A DNA stretch of 64,000 bases. Origin: Francisella sp. GTDB taxonomy: Bacteria; Pseudomonadota; Gammaproteobacteria; Francisellales; Francisellaceae. Each line of letters begins with the position of its first letter. The first letter of the stretch is position 1. This document shows positions 11,738 through 24,558 of this stretch, piece after piece. A model generated the notes under the pieces. That model saw only the letters and a list, made by a program, of their open reading frames with translations. It was not told the DNA's origin and ran no database searches. The translations under genes were made by a program, and so were the position numbers. The stretch covers positions 3,903 through 67,902 of the forward strand of contig JAYQIE010000042.1 of NCBI GenBank assembly GCA_038141505.1, in the 5' to 3' direction.

Positions 11738-12633
11738 ATGAAGTTGAAAAAATATTTAGTTATATTGTTTAGTATATTCGCAGTGCTATCTTTAACAGGT
11801 TGTAAAGGTGGTATTTGGAATCCAAACGGTATAATTACAGCGCAAGAAAAAGACTTATTCATAATCGCTACGGTTCTTATGCTTTTGGTGGTTGTTCCTG
11901 TAATTATCTTGACTTTGTGGTTCGCTTGGCGTTACCGTGAAGGTGCAAATGCTAAGTACAGACCAGAGTGGACTCACAGTACGGCTTTAGAGGTTGTATG
12001 TTGGGGTATCCCTGCGATACTTATCTTGGTGTTAGGAATAATGGTTTGGAAAACAACTCATTCACTTAGCCCATACAAGCCACTAGAGTCTGATAAAAAA
12101 CCTCTTGAAATTGATGTGGTAGCATTGGATTGGAAGTGGATGTTTATATATCCAGAAGAAAACATCGCTACTGTAAACTACATTAAGATCCCTAAAGATC
12201 GTCCAATTAATTTCAAAATCACATCAGCGGCGCCGATGAACTCATTCTTTATCCCTGAGTTGGCTGACAAATCTATGCGATGACTGGTATGACTACTCAG
12301 TTACACCTGATTGCTGAAAATAACGGTAAATATCGTGGCTTCTCAGCAAACTATACAGGTACAGGATTTGCTGAAATGCAATTCTACGCAGAAGTTTCTG
12401 ATCAGAAAGATTATGATAGTTGGGTTAAAGAAGTTCGTGATGGTAAGCATCAAGCTTTGACATGGGATTACTTCTGGAGTGATCTTGTTAAACCATCTAT
12501 TGGTAATCCTGTAACTTATTACTCAGATGTTGATAAAAATCTATTTAGTGATATCACAATGTCTTACATGATGCCTAATTATAAGCCTGGCGATATGGCA
12601 AAGATGGGTGATATGCACCACATGGAAATGTAA
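11738..12633 (+). CDS. cyoA: Cytochrome bo3 ubiquinol oxidase subunit II (frameshifted)
   Basis: Lipobox LTGC, VVALDWKWMFIYP, MNSFFIP, SANYTGTGFAEM. Confidence 0.95.
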
Positions 12634-12711
12634 TAAATAAATTACAGTGATTTTAGAAAAGTAAAATTTAGAAGTTATAAATAAAGTAGTACAGTAAATA
12701 GGGAGAATAAC

Positions 12712-14735
12712 ATGCTAGAAGCATTAATCGGAAAACTAAGTGATCCGCATCTGGTTTTTCCATACTTGTATGAACCGGTAAGCCAACAATTAATCATACT
12801 TGTTATGTTTATAGGCATATCGGTCGGCGGTGTGGCATTAGTCGGTGGAATTACTTACTTTAAGAAGTGGGGATATTTATGGAGCGAGTGGTTTACCACT
12901 ATCGACCATAAGAAGATCGGTACGATGTATATAATCGTAGCTTTAGTAATGATGGTTCGTGGCTTTGTAGATGCTGCGATGATGAGAACACAGCAAGCTT
13001 TAGCTTCTGGCGATAGTACGGGGTATTTGATTCCTGAGCATTTCGATCAGATCTTTACTGCTCATGGTGTGATCATGATTTTCTTTGTTGCTATGCCATT
13101 GATTTTTGCACTTATGAACTGGGTAATTCCACTTCAGATTGGTGCTCGTGATGTAGCTTTCCCTTATATGAATTCATTAAGCTTCTGGCTTTTCATCGTA
13201 GGTGCGATGCTGATAAATATTTCTTTATTAGTTGGTGACTTTGCGCATGCTGGTTGGTTGGCTTATCCACCTTTCTCAGAGGTGACCTATAGTCCGACAG
13301 TCGGAACCGACTACTATATATGGGGTTTACAAATCTCTGGTATTGGTTCGTTGATGACTGGTATTAACTTCTTTGTAACGATCATCAAGATGCGTTGTAA
13401 AGGTATGACTATGATGAAAATGCCTGTATTTACTTGGGCTTCATTATGTTCGGTTATATTGGTTGTAGCAGCTTTCCCTGTATTGACAGTTACACTAGGT
13501 CTACTTACATTAGATAGATACTTCGGTACTCACTTCTTCACTGTTTCTGGTGGTGGTGATCAAATGATGTATGTAAACCTAATATGGATTTGGGGTCACC
13601 CAGAAGTATATATTCTTGTACTTCCTATGTTTGGTGTGTACTCAAGTTGTTGCAACATTCTCTAAGAAGCCATTATTTGGCTACGCTACAATGGTTTGGG
13701 CTACAATCGCAATTACAGTTTTATCATTTGCAGTATGGTTGCATCACTTCTTCACAATGGGTGCAAGTGCAAATGTAAACGCCTTCTTTGGTATTATGAC
13801 GATGATTATCGCGATACCAACAGGTGTGAAAATCTTTAACTGGTTGTTCACTATGTTTAGAGGTCGTATAGCATTTACTACTCCGATGATGTGGTTAGTT
13901 GGCTTTATGATCGTATTCTCAGTTGGTGGTATGACAGGTGTACTATTATCAGTACCTGGTGTTGACTTTCAAATGCATAACAGTGTATTCCTTATTGCTC
14001 ACTTCCATAATGTTATTATTGGTGGTGTGGTGTTTGGTGCGTTTGCAGGTCTTACTTATTGGTTCCCTAAAATCTATGGATTTACACTAAATGAACGCCT
14101 AGGTAAATATGCGTTTTGGTGCTGGTTTGTTGGTTTCTTCGTAGCATTTATGCCTTTATATGTGTTGGGTATGATGGGTATGACTAGAAGATTGTATCAT
14201 TATGATGCGTCGACAGGATATCAAACGCTACTAGTTGTAGCATGGTTTGGTGCGATGATTATCGCTCTTGGTGTATTCTTCCAAATACTTCAAATTATTG
14301 TAAGTATTCGTGATAGAGATCAAAACCGTGTAGGTGCTGATGTTTGGGGTAGTGGTCGTACTTTAGAGTGGGCTATACCTTCACCAGTTCCTTTCTACAA
14401 CTTCTCACATGATCCTGAAGTTTCTGATAGAGATGATTTCTGGTCACAAAAGAAAAAGGTCTAGGCTTTGATGGCAAACCTAAAGATGAGCAAAGAGCTT
14501 ATGAAGATATTCATATGCCTAAAAACACATCTGCAGGTGTAATCATCGGCTTATTTAGTTTTGTATTTGGTTTTGCTATGGTATGGCATATATGGTGGCT
14601 TGCTATCTAGGTGTTATCGGTATGATCGGTACAGTTTTACGCAGATCTTTTGATTACAGCATTGACTACTATGTGAAAGCAAAAGAAGTCAAAGTAGTCG
14701 AAAGTAAATATACAAAAGAAGGGGAGTTACGCTAA
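12712..14735 (+). CDS. cyoB: Cytochrome bo3 subunit I (frameshifted)
   Basis: [36 protein letters not shown]. Confidence 0.96.
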
Positions 14736-15340
14736 TGAGTACAGTAACTGCAGATAACAATCACCACGACGATCATCATCACTTCGATGGTTCTAAAAGC
14801 GTCTTTGGTTTTTGGATTTACATTATGAGTGACTGTGTGCTTTTTGCTACACTGTTTGCTGTATATGCGGTATTTCACAAACATACATTTGGTGGAGCAG
14901 GAGCTCAAGAGCTATTTAGCTTACCTTATGTATTTGTAGAGACTATGCTACTACTTGTAAGTAGTTTTACTTTTGGTCTAGCGATGCTTAATCGTAATTC
15001 TGACAACATTAATCATGTGATTAAGTTTTTATGGGTTACATTCTTCTTAGGTTCAGGCTTTATCATAATGGAGGTTCATGAGTTTTATGAGCTTGCTATG
15101 GAAGGTCATACTTGGGCTAGTAGTGCATTCTTGTCATCATTCTTTACTTTAGTTGGTACACATGGTCTTCATGTATCTATGGGCTTAATCTGGATTGTAA
15201 GCATGATATTCCAACTTAAAAAGCATGGCATGACACCGATGGCTAAGACTAAGCTAACTTACTTAGGTTTGTTTTGGCATTTCTTAGATATCGTATGGAT
15301 ATTTGTATTCTCAATAGTTTATTTATTAGGAGCGGTATAA
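14735..15340 (+). CDS. cyoC: Cytochrome bo3 subunit III
   Basis: FGFWIYIMSDC, FFTLVGTHGLHV, FWHFLDIVW. Confidence 0.96.
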   Translation: MSTVTADNNHHDDHHHFDGSKSVFGFWIYIMSDCVLFATLFAVYAVFHKHTFGGAGAQELFSLPYVFVETMLLLVSSFTFGLAMLNRNSDNINHVIKFLWVTFFLGSGFIIMEVHEFYELAMEGHTWASSAFLSSFFTLVGTHGLHVSMGLIWIVSMIFQLKKHGMTPMAKTKLTYLGLFWHFLDIVWIFVFSIVYLLGAV

Positions 15341-15341
15341 T

Positions 15342-15668
15342 ATGTCAGGTTTATATGATAAAGATACAGGTGCTGCTTACGGCACGCATAAGACTTATAT
15401 AAAAGGCTTTGTATTTTCAGTAATTATCACAACAATAGCTTTTGCTTTAGTTGGTTTTAAAGTATTTTCACCAGTAGTATTATGTATAGCTGTTGCGGTA
15501 CTTGCATTGACTCAACTTTTCATTCAGCTAGTATATTTCTTGCATTTAAGTACAGATTCAGAAGCTCGTTGGAACTTAGTAAGTGCTGTATTTGCTGTAA
15601 TGATAGTAGCAATCATACTTGCTGGTACGCTATGGATTATGTTTGATCTGTATGCAATGATGATGTAA
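15342..15668 (+). CDS. cyoD: Cytochrome bo3 subunit IV
   Basis: QLFIQLVYFLHL, GTLWIM; operon position. Confidence 0.93.
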   Translation: MSGLYDKDTGAAYGTHKTYIKGFVFSVIITTIAFALVGFKVFSPVVLCIAVAVLALTQLFIQLVYFLHLSTDSEARWNLVSAVFAVMIVAIILAGTLWIMFDLYAMMM

Positions 15669-15683
15669 TCACAATTTCTAGAT

Positions 15684-16534
15684 ATGTCTTCTTTCAAAAA
15701 TTATATTCAATTAGCTAAACCAGGTATTATATTTGGTAATTTAATCACTCTTACGGGTGGTTTTTTATTGGCTACTCATCGCCAAATCGGCTTTGAATAT
15801 CTAAGTCTTTTTTCTTTGTGATGATTGGTGTAGCATTGATGATTGCTTCTGGTTGTGTGTTTAATAATTGTTATGATCGCGATATTGATAGCACAATGGC
15901 TCGCACACAAAAACGACCGCTTGTAACGGGAGATATATCTTTGGTTATGGCGTTACTTTATGGCTTAGTACTATTTGTGCTAAGTTGTATAGTGCTTTAT
16001 ACGCTAGTTAATCCACTTACACTTTACATAATCCTTATTGGCTTTGTAGTGTATGTGATTATATATACCATCTCAAAGAGGCTTACTATCCATGCTACTG
16101 TACTAGGTGGTATATCTGGGGCTATCCCTCCTGTAGCAGGTTATACTGCTGTAGTGAATGGGTTGGACTATAATGCTTTGTCATTATTCCTGATACTGTT
16201 CTTTTGGCAGATACCCCACTCTTATGCTATCGCAATGCTTTATAGTGATGATTATAAAAAAGTTAAGCTACCTATGCTACCTTTAGTAAAGGGAGTTCCT
16301 TATACTAAAAAGATTATGCTAGTTTATTTAGTGCTGTTCGTGATCTCATGTAGCTTACCTTATATGCTAGGTACAGCTGACTTATTATCATTCTTGATAT
16401 GTATGTTCATGGCTGTGTATTGGATGTATAAATCTTTTAAATCGTATCAAAACGATGATGATAGAGCTTATGCAAAGACAGTTTTTAAGTTTTCTATTAT
16501 AGTTGTTACTGTAATTAGTTTGACTATTGGTTAG
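15684..16534 (+). CDS. cyoE: Protoheme IX farnesyltransferase (heme O synthase), 5' frameshift
   Basis: [13 protein letters not shown] from ATG 15684, [22 protein letters not shown]. Confidence 0.93.
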
Positions 16535-16583
16535 AATTTTTAATCATAGATTCCTGATTAAATGATTTATGGACAGTCCCTTG

Positions 16584-16652
16584 CAGTCATTCCCGCGGAG
16601 GTGGGAATCTCTCAAATAGTGAGGAGATCCCGTGTCAAGCACGAGGATGACG
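16584..16652. repeat. Intergenic inverted doublet of CGTC/RPE-like palindromes
   Basis: CAGTCATTCCCGCGGAGGTGGGAATCTC (16584-16611) and GAGATCCCGTGTCAAGCACGAGGATGACG (16624-16652) between convergent cyoE and lpxD. Confidence 0.85.
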
Positions 16653-16677
16653 ATAATTTTATATATGTATTGTAATA

Positions 16678-17715
16678 TTATAAGTCAATATTCAAAGTTT
16701 TAGCTAAAGCTTTCAACTTCTTCATAGTTTCTGGTAGGTGTCTAACGGCTGCCCATTGACGAGCAAGTTCACGACTTTCATATGCTGGATATCCCATTAC
16801 ACGCTCACCGGCTTTCACATCTTTCATGACACCAGCTTTACCGCCGACTTGTGCACCATCGCCTATAGTGATATGGTCTTTGATACCAGCATTACCTGCA
16901 ATTATAACGCCATTACCAATAGTCACAGATCCAGCGATGCCTGCTTGACCGCAAATCATGCAGCCTTGTCCGATTATTACATTGTGTCCAATCTGCACAA
17001 GATTATCAATTTTTGTGAAATCTCCTATAGTTGTTGAACCAAATTTAGCATTATCTATACAAGTACCGGAGCCAATATCTACATAGTTACCAATCACTAC
17101 ATTGCCAATATGTGGAACTCTAACGATAGATTTGCCATCTTCAGAAGAGCGATAGCCAAAGCCATCACTACCTATATTGCAACCAGAGTATAGCCTACAA
17201 AAGGCACCGATCTGTGTGCGTTCGCGGATATTCACATTTGGCCAAATGATACATTGGCTACCAATTTGAGCGTTATCATATATAGATGTGTTTGCATAAA
17301 TAATAGTTCCATCGCCGATAGTTACATTTCTACCTATATAAGTGCCTGCACCTATAGAAACATTACTGCCAATATTTGCAGTAGGTTCTATCACAGCACT
17401 TGGGTGAATGCCATTTTGCTCAGGGTTAGGTTGAGAAAAAAGTTTAAGAACTTTTGCCATAGCAAGATCGGCATTATCAACTATAAGAATCGGTTTGTCA
17501 TTGATTTCTTTAGCTTGATCCTCTAAATCTTTGGTAATTAGGGCTGCACTAGCTTTTGAAGTAGTGAGTAATTCTATATGTTCAGTTTTATTTATAAGTG
17601 TAAGCTCATTTTCTTGTGCTTGATCGGCATAGTTAAGTCCTGTGATAATCATATCTGCAGGATTCAATAGCGTTGCTCCAAGATGCTTAGCAATATCTTG
17701 TAAAGAGTGTTTCAA
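16678..17715 (-). CDS. lpxD: UDP-3-O-(3-hydroxyacyl)glucosamine N-acyltransferase
   Basis: Hexapeptide repeats, [19 protein letters not shown]. Confidence 0.95.
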   Translation of the reverse strand: MKHSLQDIAKHLGATLLNPADMIITGLNYADQAQENELTLINKTEHIELLTTSKASAALITKDLEDQAKEINDKPILIVDNADLAMAKVLKLFSQPNPEQNGIHPSAVIEPTANIGSNVSIGAGTYIGRNVTIGDGTIIYANTSIYDNAQIGSQCIIWPNVNIRERTQIGAFCRLYSGCNIGSDGFGYRSSEDGKSIVRVPHIGNVVIGNYVDIGSGTCIDNAKFGSTTIGDFTKIDNLVQIGHNVIIGQGCMICGQAGIAGSVTIGNGVIIAGNAGIKDHITIGDGAQVGGKAGVMKDVKAGERVMGYPAYESRELARQWAAVRHLPETMKKLKALAKTLNIDL

Positions 17716-17728
17716 TTTATTAACTTTT

Positions 17729-18634
17729 TTAATAGGTTCTTTTACTAGAAATTTTAACAGATTTTTTGGTGAAGTATAAGAGTTGATTACTTGATGAATT
17801 TTGAGCTTGTATAAGAGCTAACTCATCAGTGTCTAAATTATGGGTAGTCATAAATATACCATCTAAGCAAGTAGTCACATTTTTTAGAGTAGTAGATAGG
17901 TTGTGTCCTTTTAATATATAGCTTAAAAACATCGCCGCAGTTATATCTCCAGAGCCGCTGACTTTCGATTGTACTTTGTATTTTGGAGATTCTAGGTAGT
18001 TTAGTTTACCATTTTTATAAACAGCAATGCCTGTTTTAGCTCTATCAAAAGAAGTACTAGTTATAATGATGGTCTGATTTTTATTACCTGTTTTTCAATG
18101 AGAGTATCGCATGCTTTAGTGATGTCATCATAGCCATGAATATTTGTATCACTCAAGGTAGCAAGCTCAAACAGATTTGGGGTAATGATGTCCGCTATAG
18201 GAAGTAGGTGTTCTAAAAACATTATAGGATGATCTTTTGAAGCAAAAATATGTCCTTTATCGTGATGATCGTAAAAATCACCAAACACAGGGTCGCAACA
18301 ATATAAAGCCTTTGGATTACTATTTTAAATCAATAACAGTATCGGCTATAACTTTAGCCACACTTATGTCACCAATGTAACCAGATAATATAGCATCATG
18401 CTTATGTAGAAAGTCGTTTGCTTTCATTCCTTCTATTATGTTCTGGATATCTTTTGCACTAAAAAAAGCACCTTTAAAAACATCGTACTGAGTGTGGTTG
18501 GATAGTTGCACTGTGTATATGGGAGATACTTCTATGCCAAGTTTTTGCATTGGAAATACAGCTGCTTTGTTACCAGCATAGCCATAAGCCACATGAGATT
18601 GTATAGATAGTACTTTGGGTATGTCTTTGTGCAT
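17729..18634 (-). CDS. pdxY: Pyridoxal kinase (fragmented by indels)
   Basis: [48 protein letters not shown]. Confidence 0.9.
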
Positions 18635-18645
18635 GGGTTTGTAAT

Positions 18646-19079
18646 TTATAACCCTAGATTTGTTCTGATACTAGAAAGTAAATCAACAGATGATTGCTTA
18701 TCTCCAACTGTACCTATCTTGATGTAGATGTTTACTGTAGAGTTATCATACTTAGAGATTTCAATACTATAAGGGGTTTTGCCTTCTTTATCAAACATGC
18801 TTTTTCTGTTTTGATAAAGCCTTTTATTTCAGCATTTCTTTCAGTAATAGTATTGCTTTCGATATTGTAATTGTTTGTGTTGTTGATTGCTAGTTCAGTT
18901 GCATCATATACACTTTTTACATTGGTATTGTATAGTTGGGCAGAAAATGTACCATTTGCAAATCTTACGATTGAGTTTCCTGTAGAATTTAAGTCATCCA
19001 TCATGCTGCTATTATTTGAGCAAGCGGATAATGCTAAAGTGGCAGTGAGTCCTATTGTAATAGTTTTAAGTATTTTCAT
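18646..19079 (-). CDS. DUF3568-like lipoprotein (frameshifted)
   Basis: Lipobox LSAC; C-terminal KIGTVGDKQSSVDLLSSIRTNLGL resembles Francisella DUF3568 lipoproteins. Confidence 0.65.
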
Positions 19080-19348
19080 TGTTTGAATTCTCAAATTGAT
19101 TAGTTTAATAGATTTTATAATATAGTTATTGCTTTGTAAATCATGGTTTTAAAGCAATACGCTATCCTTTAATAATAGTTTTATTTTGATTTTATGGTTG
19201 GTTTATAACGACTAGCTATACAGTATTTATGAATTATGCCTTATAAATAATATTTCGGTTATAACAAAAATATAAAATCTATCTTGAAATAGTTGTATTA
19301 GCCCCTATACTCTTATAAAGTCATATTTGCATTTTTGGGAGAAGCTAA

Positions 19349-20305
19349 ATGTCTGCACTTAATCAGTTTAATCAATTGTTAGAATTTTTGAATAACCGCG
19401 TAGTCGGTCAAGAGAATTTAAATAAAAGGCTTTTAATAGCTTTACTTGGCGGGGGGCATCTACTCGTAGAGGGTGCTCCAGGTCTTGCTAAGACTACAGC
19501 TATTAAGACACTATCTGAAAGTATAGATTGTAGCTATCATAGAGTTCAATTTACACCAGATCTACTTCCAGCAGACCTTACTGGTACAGAGATATATGTG
19601 CCACAACAGCAAAGCTTTGAGTTTCAAACAGGTCCGTTGTTTCATAATTTGCTTTTAGCCGATGAGATAAATAGAGCCCCAGCAAAAGTTCAATCTGCTC
19701 TACTTGAAGCAATGGGTGAGAAGCAAATAACCGTAGGTAAGAAGACCTATCCATTGACAGATTTATTTATGGTGATGGCTACACAAAACCCGATTGAGCA
19801 AGAAGGGACTTATCCTTTGCCAGAAGCACAGTTAGATAGATTTATGATGTTTGTTAAAATCGAATATCCAGATCCAAAAACTGAAGCTAAGATTTTAGCT
19901 ATAAGTAGAGGTGAAGCTTTAAGGCATACTTTTGACCACCCAAGTATTCATCAGGATGTAATTTTTGCAGCTCAAAAAGAAGTTTTGAATGTGCAGATGT
20001 CTCAAGCGATTGAAGAGTACATTATTGAAATAATACTAGCATCGCGTAATCCTAGTAAATACAGCCAAGATATCGCTAAATGGATTTCATTTGGTGCAAG
20101 TCCGCGTGGAACTATTGCATTAGATAGAGCTGCTCGAGCTCACGCCTGGTTAGATGGCAATGATTATGTATCTCCTAGTGATATTCATGCGGTTGTGTAT
20201 GAAGTCCTTCGCCACAGAATACTTTTGACTTTTGAGGCGGAAGTTGATGGTGTAACTACGGATGATGTGATTACTAAGCTACTTAAAGTGGTTCCGATAC
20301 CATAG
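19349..20305 (+). CDS. moxR: MoxR family AAA+ ATPase
   Basis: GHLLVEGAPGLAKT, RVQFTPDLLPAD, DEINRA, ATQNPIEQEGTYPLPEAQLDRF. Confidence 0.96.
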   Translation: MSALNQFNQLLEFLNNRVVGQENLNKRLLIALLGGGHLLVEGAPGLAKTTAIKTLSESIDCSYHRVQFTPDLLPADLTGTEIYVPQQQSFEFQTGPLFHNLLLADEINRAPAKVQSALLEAMGEKQITVGKKTYPLTDLFMVMATQNPIEQEGTYPLPEAQLDRFMMFVKIEYPDPKTEAKILAISRGEALRHTFDHPSIHQDVIFAAQKEVLNVQMSQAIEEYIIEIILASRNPSKYSQDIAKWISFGASPRGTIALDRAARAHAWLDGNDYVSPSDIHAVVYEVLRHRILLTFEAEVDGVTTDDVITKLLKVVPIP

Positions 20306-20314
20306 GGTGAGCTT

Positions 20315-21225
20315 ATGAAAAGCTATAAAGGAATAAAACCTGATATCAAAGAACTGCTAAGCTATCGTTATCGTGAGAAGGCTTTGAAATTGTTTGCTAA
20401 CCAGAAAGTAAATACCGTCAATGCTGGAAGTAAATCTTCTAAAGCAAAAGGTCGCGGTATGGACTTTGATGAGGTTAGGCATTATCAACCTGGCGATGAT
20501 ATTCGTCTGATGCACTGGTCACTGACAGCTAGATTAGGTAAGCCTTTTACAAAGGTATATCATGAAGAGCGTGAGCGGACGATGTACTTTGTGGTAGATC
20601 AAAGCGCTACGATGCGATTTGGTACGCGTGAATGCTTTAAATCTGTAAAAATGGCAAATGCTACAGCTTTACTTGGTTTTGGTGCTTTAGAAGCTCATGA
20701 GAAAGTTGGTGGTGTGATACTCAATGACAGTGGATATAATTTTTATCCAGCTAAGCAAGACAAGTCGGCATTGGTGAAAATGCTTAATCATGTCACAAAC
20801 GATGATACAAAAACTCAGATAACGACAGATAAAGGTTTGGCAGATGCGTTGAAATTTCTGTATGCTAAGGTTCGTAGCAATAGTGTGATCGTTGTACTTG
20901 GTGACTTTGATGGTTTTAACGAGCAGGCTCAACAGTATCTAAGACTACTTGCGAAGAAAAATGAGATTATAAATATATTTAGTTATGATCCTATCGAAAA
21001 GAGCTGCCAGCTAAAGATGTTTATAACTTTAGTAATGGTAATGAAAATTTAGTTTTGGATGCAACTAATACTAAACAATATCAAGTTTATAAAGATATCT
21101 ATAATACGAGACACAACGCTATCAAAGATTTTTCCAGAGCATATCAAATGGCATTTTTTGAAATAGCGACTAATGATGATTTGGTTAAAACTATAAATTG
21201 TGGGGTAGCTGGTTATGGAAAATAA
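20315..21225 (+). CDS. DUF58 domain protein (3' frameshift)
   Basis: GRGMDFDEVRHYQPGDDIR; follows moxR. Confidence 0.9.
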
Positions 21226-21691
21226 CAACCTTCTAGATCAGTTAAAAGATATTTATCTACCTCCACAAATTTCTTCATGGTGGCCTTTAGCTTATGGCTG
21301 GTGGATTGCGATAGCTGTTTTAATACTTTTGGTTTTGTTGGCTTTACTAGTTTTACGCAAAAGAAAAAAACATAAGCAGTACATAAACACGGTTGTAAAT
21401 GATTTTAAAGAAAATCTTAGGGCTGTTTATGTCACCAAACCCAAAGAAGTTGTGCAAACTATCTCTGTATATCTAAAGAGAATAGCTGTGCACAAATTCC
21501 CAAAAGATGAAATTAAAACATTACACGGTAAAGCTTGGGTTGATTATCTTGAGTCAAAAACTAAGAAAGATGCTTTTGATGGCGAAGTCACAAGCTATCT
21601 AACTAACACTTACAAGCCTTATGAGCTAGATGATAGCGAACTTGAAAAGATAGTCTCTGCAAGTGAAAAGTGGATAAGGAGAGTTTTATGA
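21215..21691 (+). CDS. DUF4381 family membrane protein
   Basis: LKDIYLPPQISSWWPLAYGWW, LHGKAWVDYL. Confidence 0.85.
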   Translation: MENNNLLDQLKDIYLPPQISSWWPLAYGWWIAIAVLILLVLLALLVLRKRKKHKQYINTVVNDFKENLRAVYVTKPKEVVQTISVYLKRIAVHKFPKDEIKTLHGKAWVDYLESKTKKDAFDGEVTSYLTNTYKPYELDDSELEKIVSASEKWIRRVL

Positions 21692-22688
21692 TAAATGTAG
21701 AATATCCTTGGGCTTTTGCTTTGATTATTTTACCTCTGATTGTGTACTGGATAATCCCGCGAGCAAGTTCAGACAAGCAATTAGCTTTAAAAACACCATT
21801 TTTCTCTAAGATAAAATCTCAATTACCAATCGTGGGTGCGAGTAATTTTAAGAGAGCTAATTATTTTAAGTATTTATTAGCTGTGATATGGGCATTATTA
21901 ATAATCTCGGGTAGTGGCTTACAATGGATGGGTAAACCGATAAACCTACCTCAAAGTGGTAGAGATCTGATGATGGCTATAGATTTATCAGGTAGTATGG
22001 CGATTGAAGATATGAAAAAATCTGATGGAAAAGCAGAATCGCGTTTTGATCTTGTGATGCGTGTGGCACATCAATTTTTAGAAACTCGTAAGGGCGATAG
22101 AGTTGGTTTGGTACTTTTTGGTACAAAGGCGTATTTACAAACACCGCTTACTTTTGATATCCCAACAGTTAAAAAAATGCTTGATGATGCAAGTATTGCA
22201 CTACCTGGACCACAGACGGCTATAGGCGATGCGATTGGACTATCTGTTAAAAAACTTATGCAATATCCAAGTCAGTCAAAAGCTTTGGTATTACTAACTG
22301 ATGGGGAAAATAACTCTGGTTCTTTACAGCCTTTACAAGCTGCAGAAATCGCAAAGCAAAATGGTATCAAAGTCTATACTATTGGCTTAGGTGGTGGGCA
22401 AATGGTTATGAATACAGCTTTTGGTCAAAGACTAATAAATACTTCAGAAGATTTAGATACCGATGTGCTTCAAAAAATTGCTTCCATGACGGGGGTAAAT
22501 TCTTCAGAGCTCAGAACAGTGATGATTTACAAAAGGTTTATGAAGCTATAGACAAGATGGAGCCTGTTGAATCAGATAAAACCGTGGTGCGACCAGTAAC
22601 TTATCTATATCCATGGACATTGGGTGCGGCATTGTTATTGAGCTTTGTTTTAAGTGCTATTTGGCTACAACGCAGGAGGGCTGGCTAG
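21688..22688 (+). CDS. vWA domain protein, BatA-like (3' frameshift)
   Basis: MIDAS DLSGSM, GDRVGLVLFG, TAIGDAIG, LLTDGEN. Confidence 0.9.
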
Positions 22689-23696
22689 TGGAATTATTTC
22701 ATTTTATACGACCATGGTGGTTGTTGGCATTTATACCTGTAGTTTTGTTTGTGGTGTTATTATTTAGACATTCGGGTAAATCAAATAGTTGGGCTAAATA
22801 TTGCGATGCTCATCTGCTTGAACATGTGCTTGTGGGGAGAGAGTCAAAAGCTAAGAAATCATTATTGCCAATATTCTTTTTGCTAGTTTGGAGTGTAGCT
22901 ATAGTAGCATTAGCAGGACCAACTTGGAAATACAAAGATGTACCGACTTATCAGAAAAATATCTCAAGAGTTATCGCACTAGATGTATCACAGTCTATGG
23001 ATACTACAGATGTTGCACCTAGTAGGTTAGAGCGAGCGAAGTATAAGATTTTTGATATATTGCGCAAAATAACTGAAGGTCAAACTGGGATGATAGTTTT
23101 TCTAGCGAGAGCTTTGTGGTATCACCTTTAACTAGTGATTCTAAGACTATCTCAAATTTAGTTTCGGTGTTAAATACCAATATAGTTCCAGTACATGGTC
23201 ATGATATGACAAAAGCTTTAGCTAAGTCATCAGAGCTTCTTTTTCACAAGGTGGTGCAGGCGATGGTCAGATTATTCTTATCACAGATTCAAGTCCGACA
23301 GATAAGGCTATTGCTAAAGCTAAGCAATTAGCTGAGAGTGGCATAAAAACGGATGTCTATGCAATTGGTACGCCGAAGGGTGGTATAGCAAAATCTAAAG
23401 ATGGAAGTTATCTAAAAGATGATTCTGGGAATATTCAGTACTTTGGTGTAGATTTGTCGCGAATGCAAGATTTAGCTAAGGCTGGAGATGGTAAGCTTAT
23501 AACTCTCACAGCAAACAACAATGATGTAAATGCACTTATAGCGGATATCCAAAACAATGATTCGCAAGCGAAAAAATCACAGCAATCTACAGCAAATACT
23601 TTTTGGCAAGATGAGGGCGTGTATTTTATATGGGTGCTAGTGTTACTTAGTGTGTTTGTGTTTAGGAGAGGTTTTTTGGAGAAAATATGTCGCTAA
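22688..23696 (+). CDS. vWA domain protein, BatB-like (fragmented)
   Basis: HFIRPWWL, ALAGPTW, DVSQSM, PSRLERAK. Confidence 0.88.
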
Positions 23697-24532
23697 GAAA
23701 ATTAATTCTATCAGTAGTATTATTGCCATGTATATCACAAGCTAGTATCTGGAGTGATGCGTGGCAGACAAAAGATCAGCAAGGTGCAAGCAGCTTTGAA
23801 GCAGGGGATTATAAGGCATCAGCACAATCTTTTGAGAATACTGATTGGAAAGGCTCAGCTTACTATAAAGCAAAAGAGTATGACAAAGCTTATGATGAGT
23901 TTAAAAAAAGATAGCTCAGCAACGGGACTATACAATCAAGGTAATGCTCTAACTCAATTAGGTAAATATGATGATGCTATAAATGCTTATAGTAAGGCTA
24001 TCGAAAAACGACCAGATTTTGAAGATGCAAAAAGTAACTTAAAGATTGCCGAAGAGCTTGAAAAGCAAAAAGACCAAAACCAGAATCAGCAAGACAACAA
24101 AGACAACAAAGACAACAAAGACAACAAAGACAACAAAGACAACAAAACAAAGACAACAAAGACAACAAAGACAACAAAGACAACAAAGACAATAAAGACA
24201 ATAAAGACAATAAAGACAATAAAGACAATAAAGACAATAAAGACAATAAAGACAATAAAGACAATAAAGACAAACAGGATCAACAGGATCAACAGGATCA
24301 ACAGGATCAACAGGATCAACAGGATCAACAGGATCAACAGGATCAACAGGATCAACAGGATAAGCAGGATGAAAATTCTAAAGAGCAAGAAGCTAAAATA
24401 GCTGAAGCTCGTGAAGATGAGATGAATAAAAAAGAAGCTGATAAGCTTTTAGCGATGATTGATGATGATCCAGGTGGACTTTTGAAACATAAGTTTGCGA
24501 GAGATTATCAAAGAATGACAGAAAAAGCGTGA
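23687..24532 (+). CDS. TPR protein, BatC-like, with low-complexity KDN/QDQ repeat linker (frameshifted)
   Basis: YNQGNALTQLGKYDDAINAY TPR; C-terminal IDDDPGGLLKHKF in the corrected frame; stop TGA 24530-24532. Confidence 0.88.
24090..24364 (+). repeat. 9-bp coding tandem repeat array: (AAAGACAAC)~10, (AAAGACAAT)9, (CAGGATCAA)9
   Basis: Units counted directly; one truncated 5-nt unit (AAAAC) at 24144-24148. Confidence 0.97.
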
Positions 24533-24558
24533 TAGAGTTAATTGTGAAGGTTAATCTA

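Noticed and set aside
19125-19165. Inverted repeat TATTGCTTT...AAAGCAATA upstream of moxR as an operator
   Set aside because: Single AT-rich palindrome with no recognisable regulator consensus; insufficient support.
23998-24388. Minus-strand poly-Leu/Ile/Cys ORFs and the KTI/NRI reading
   Set aside because: Shadow or wrong-frame translations of the 9-bp tandem repeat.
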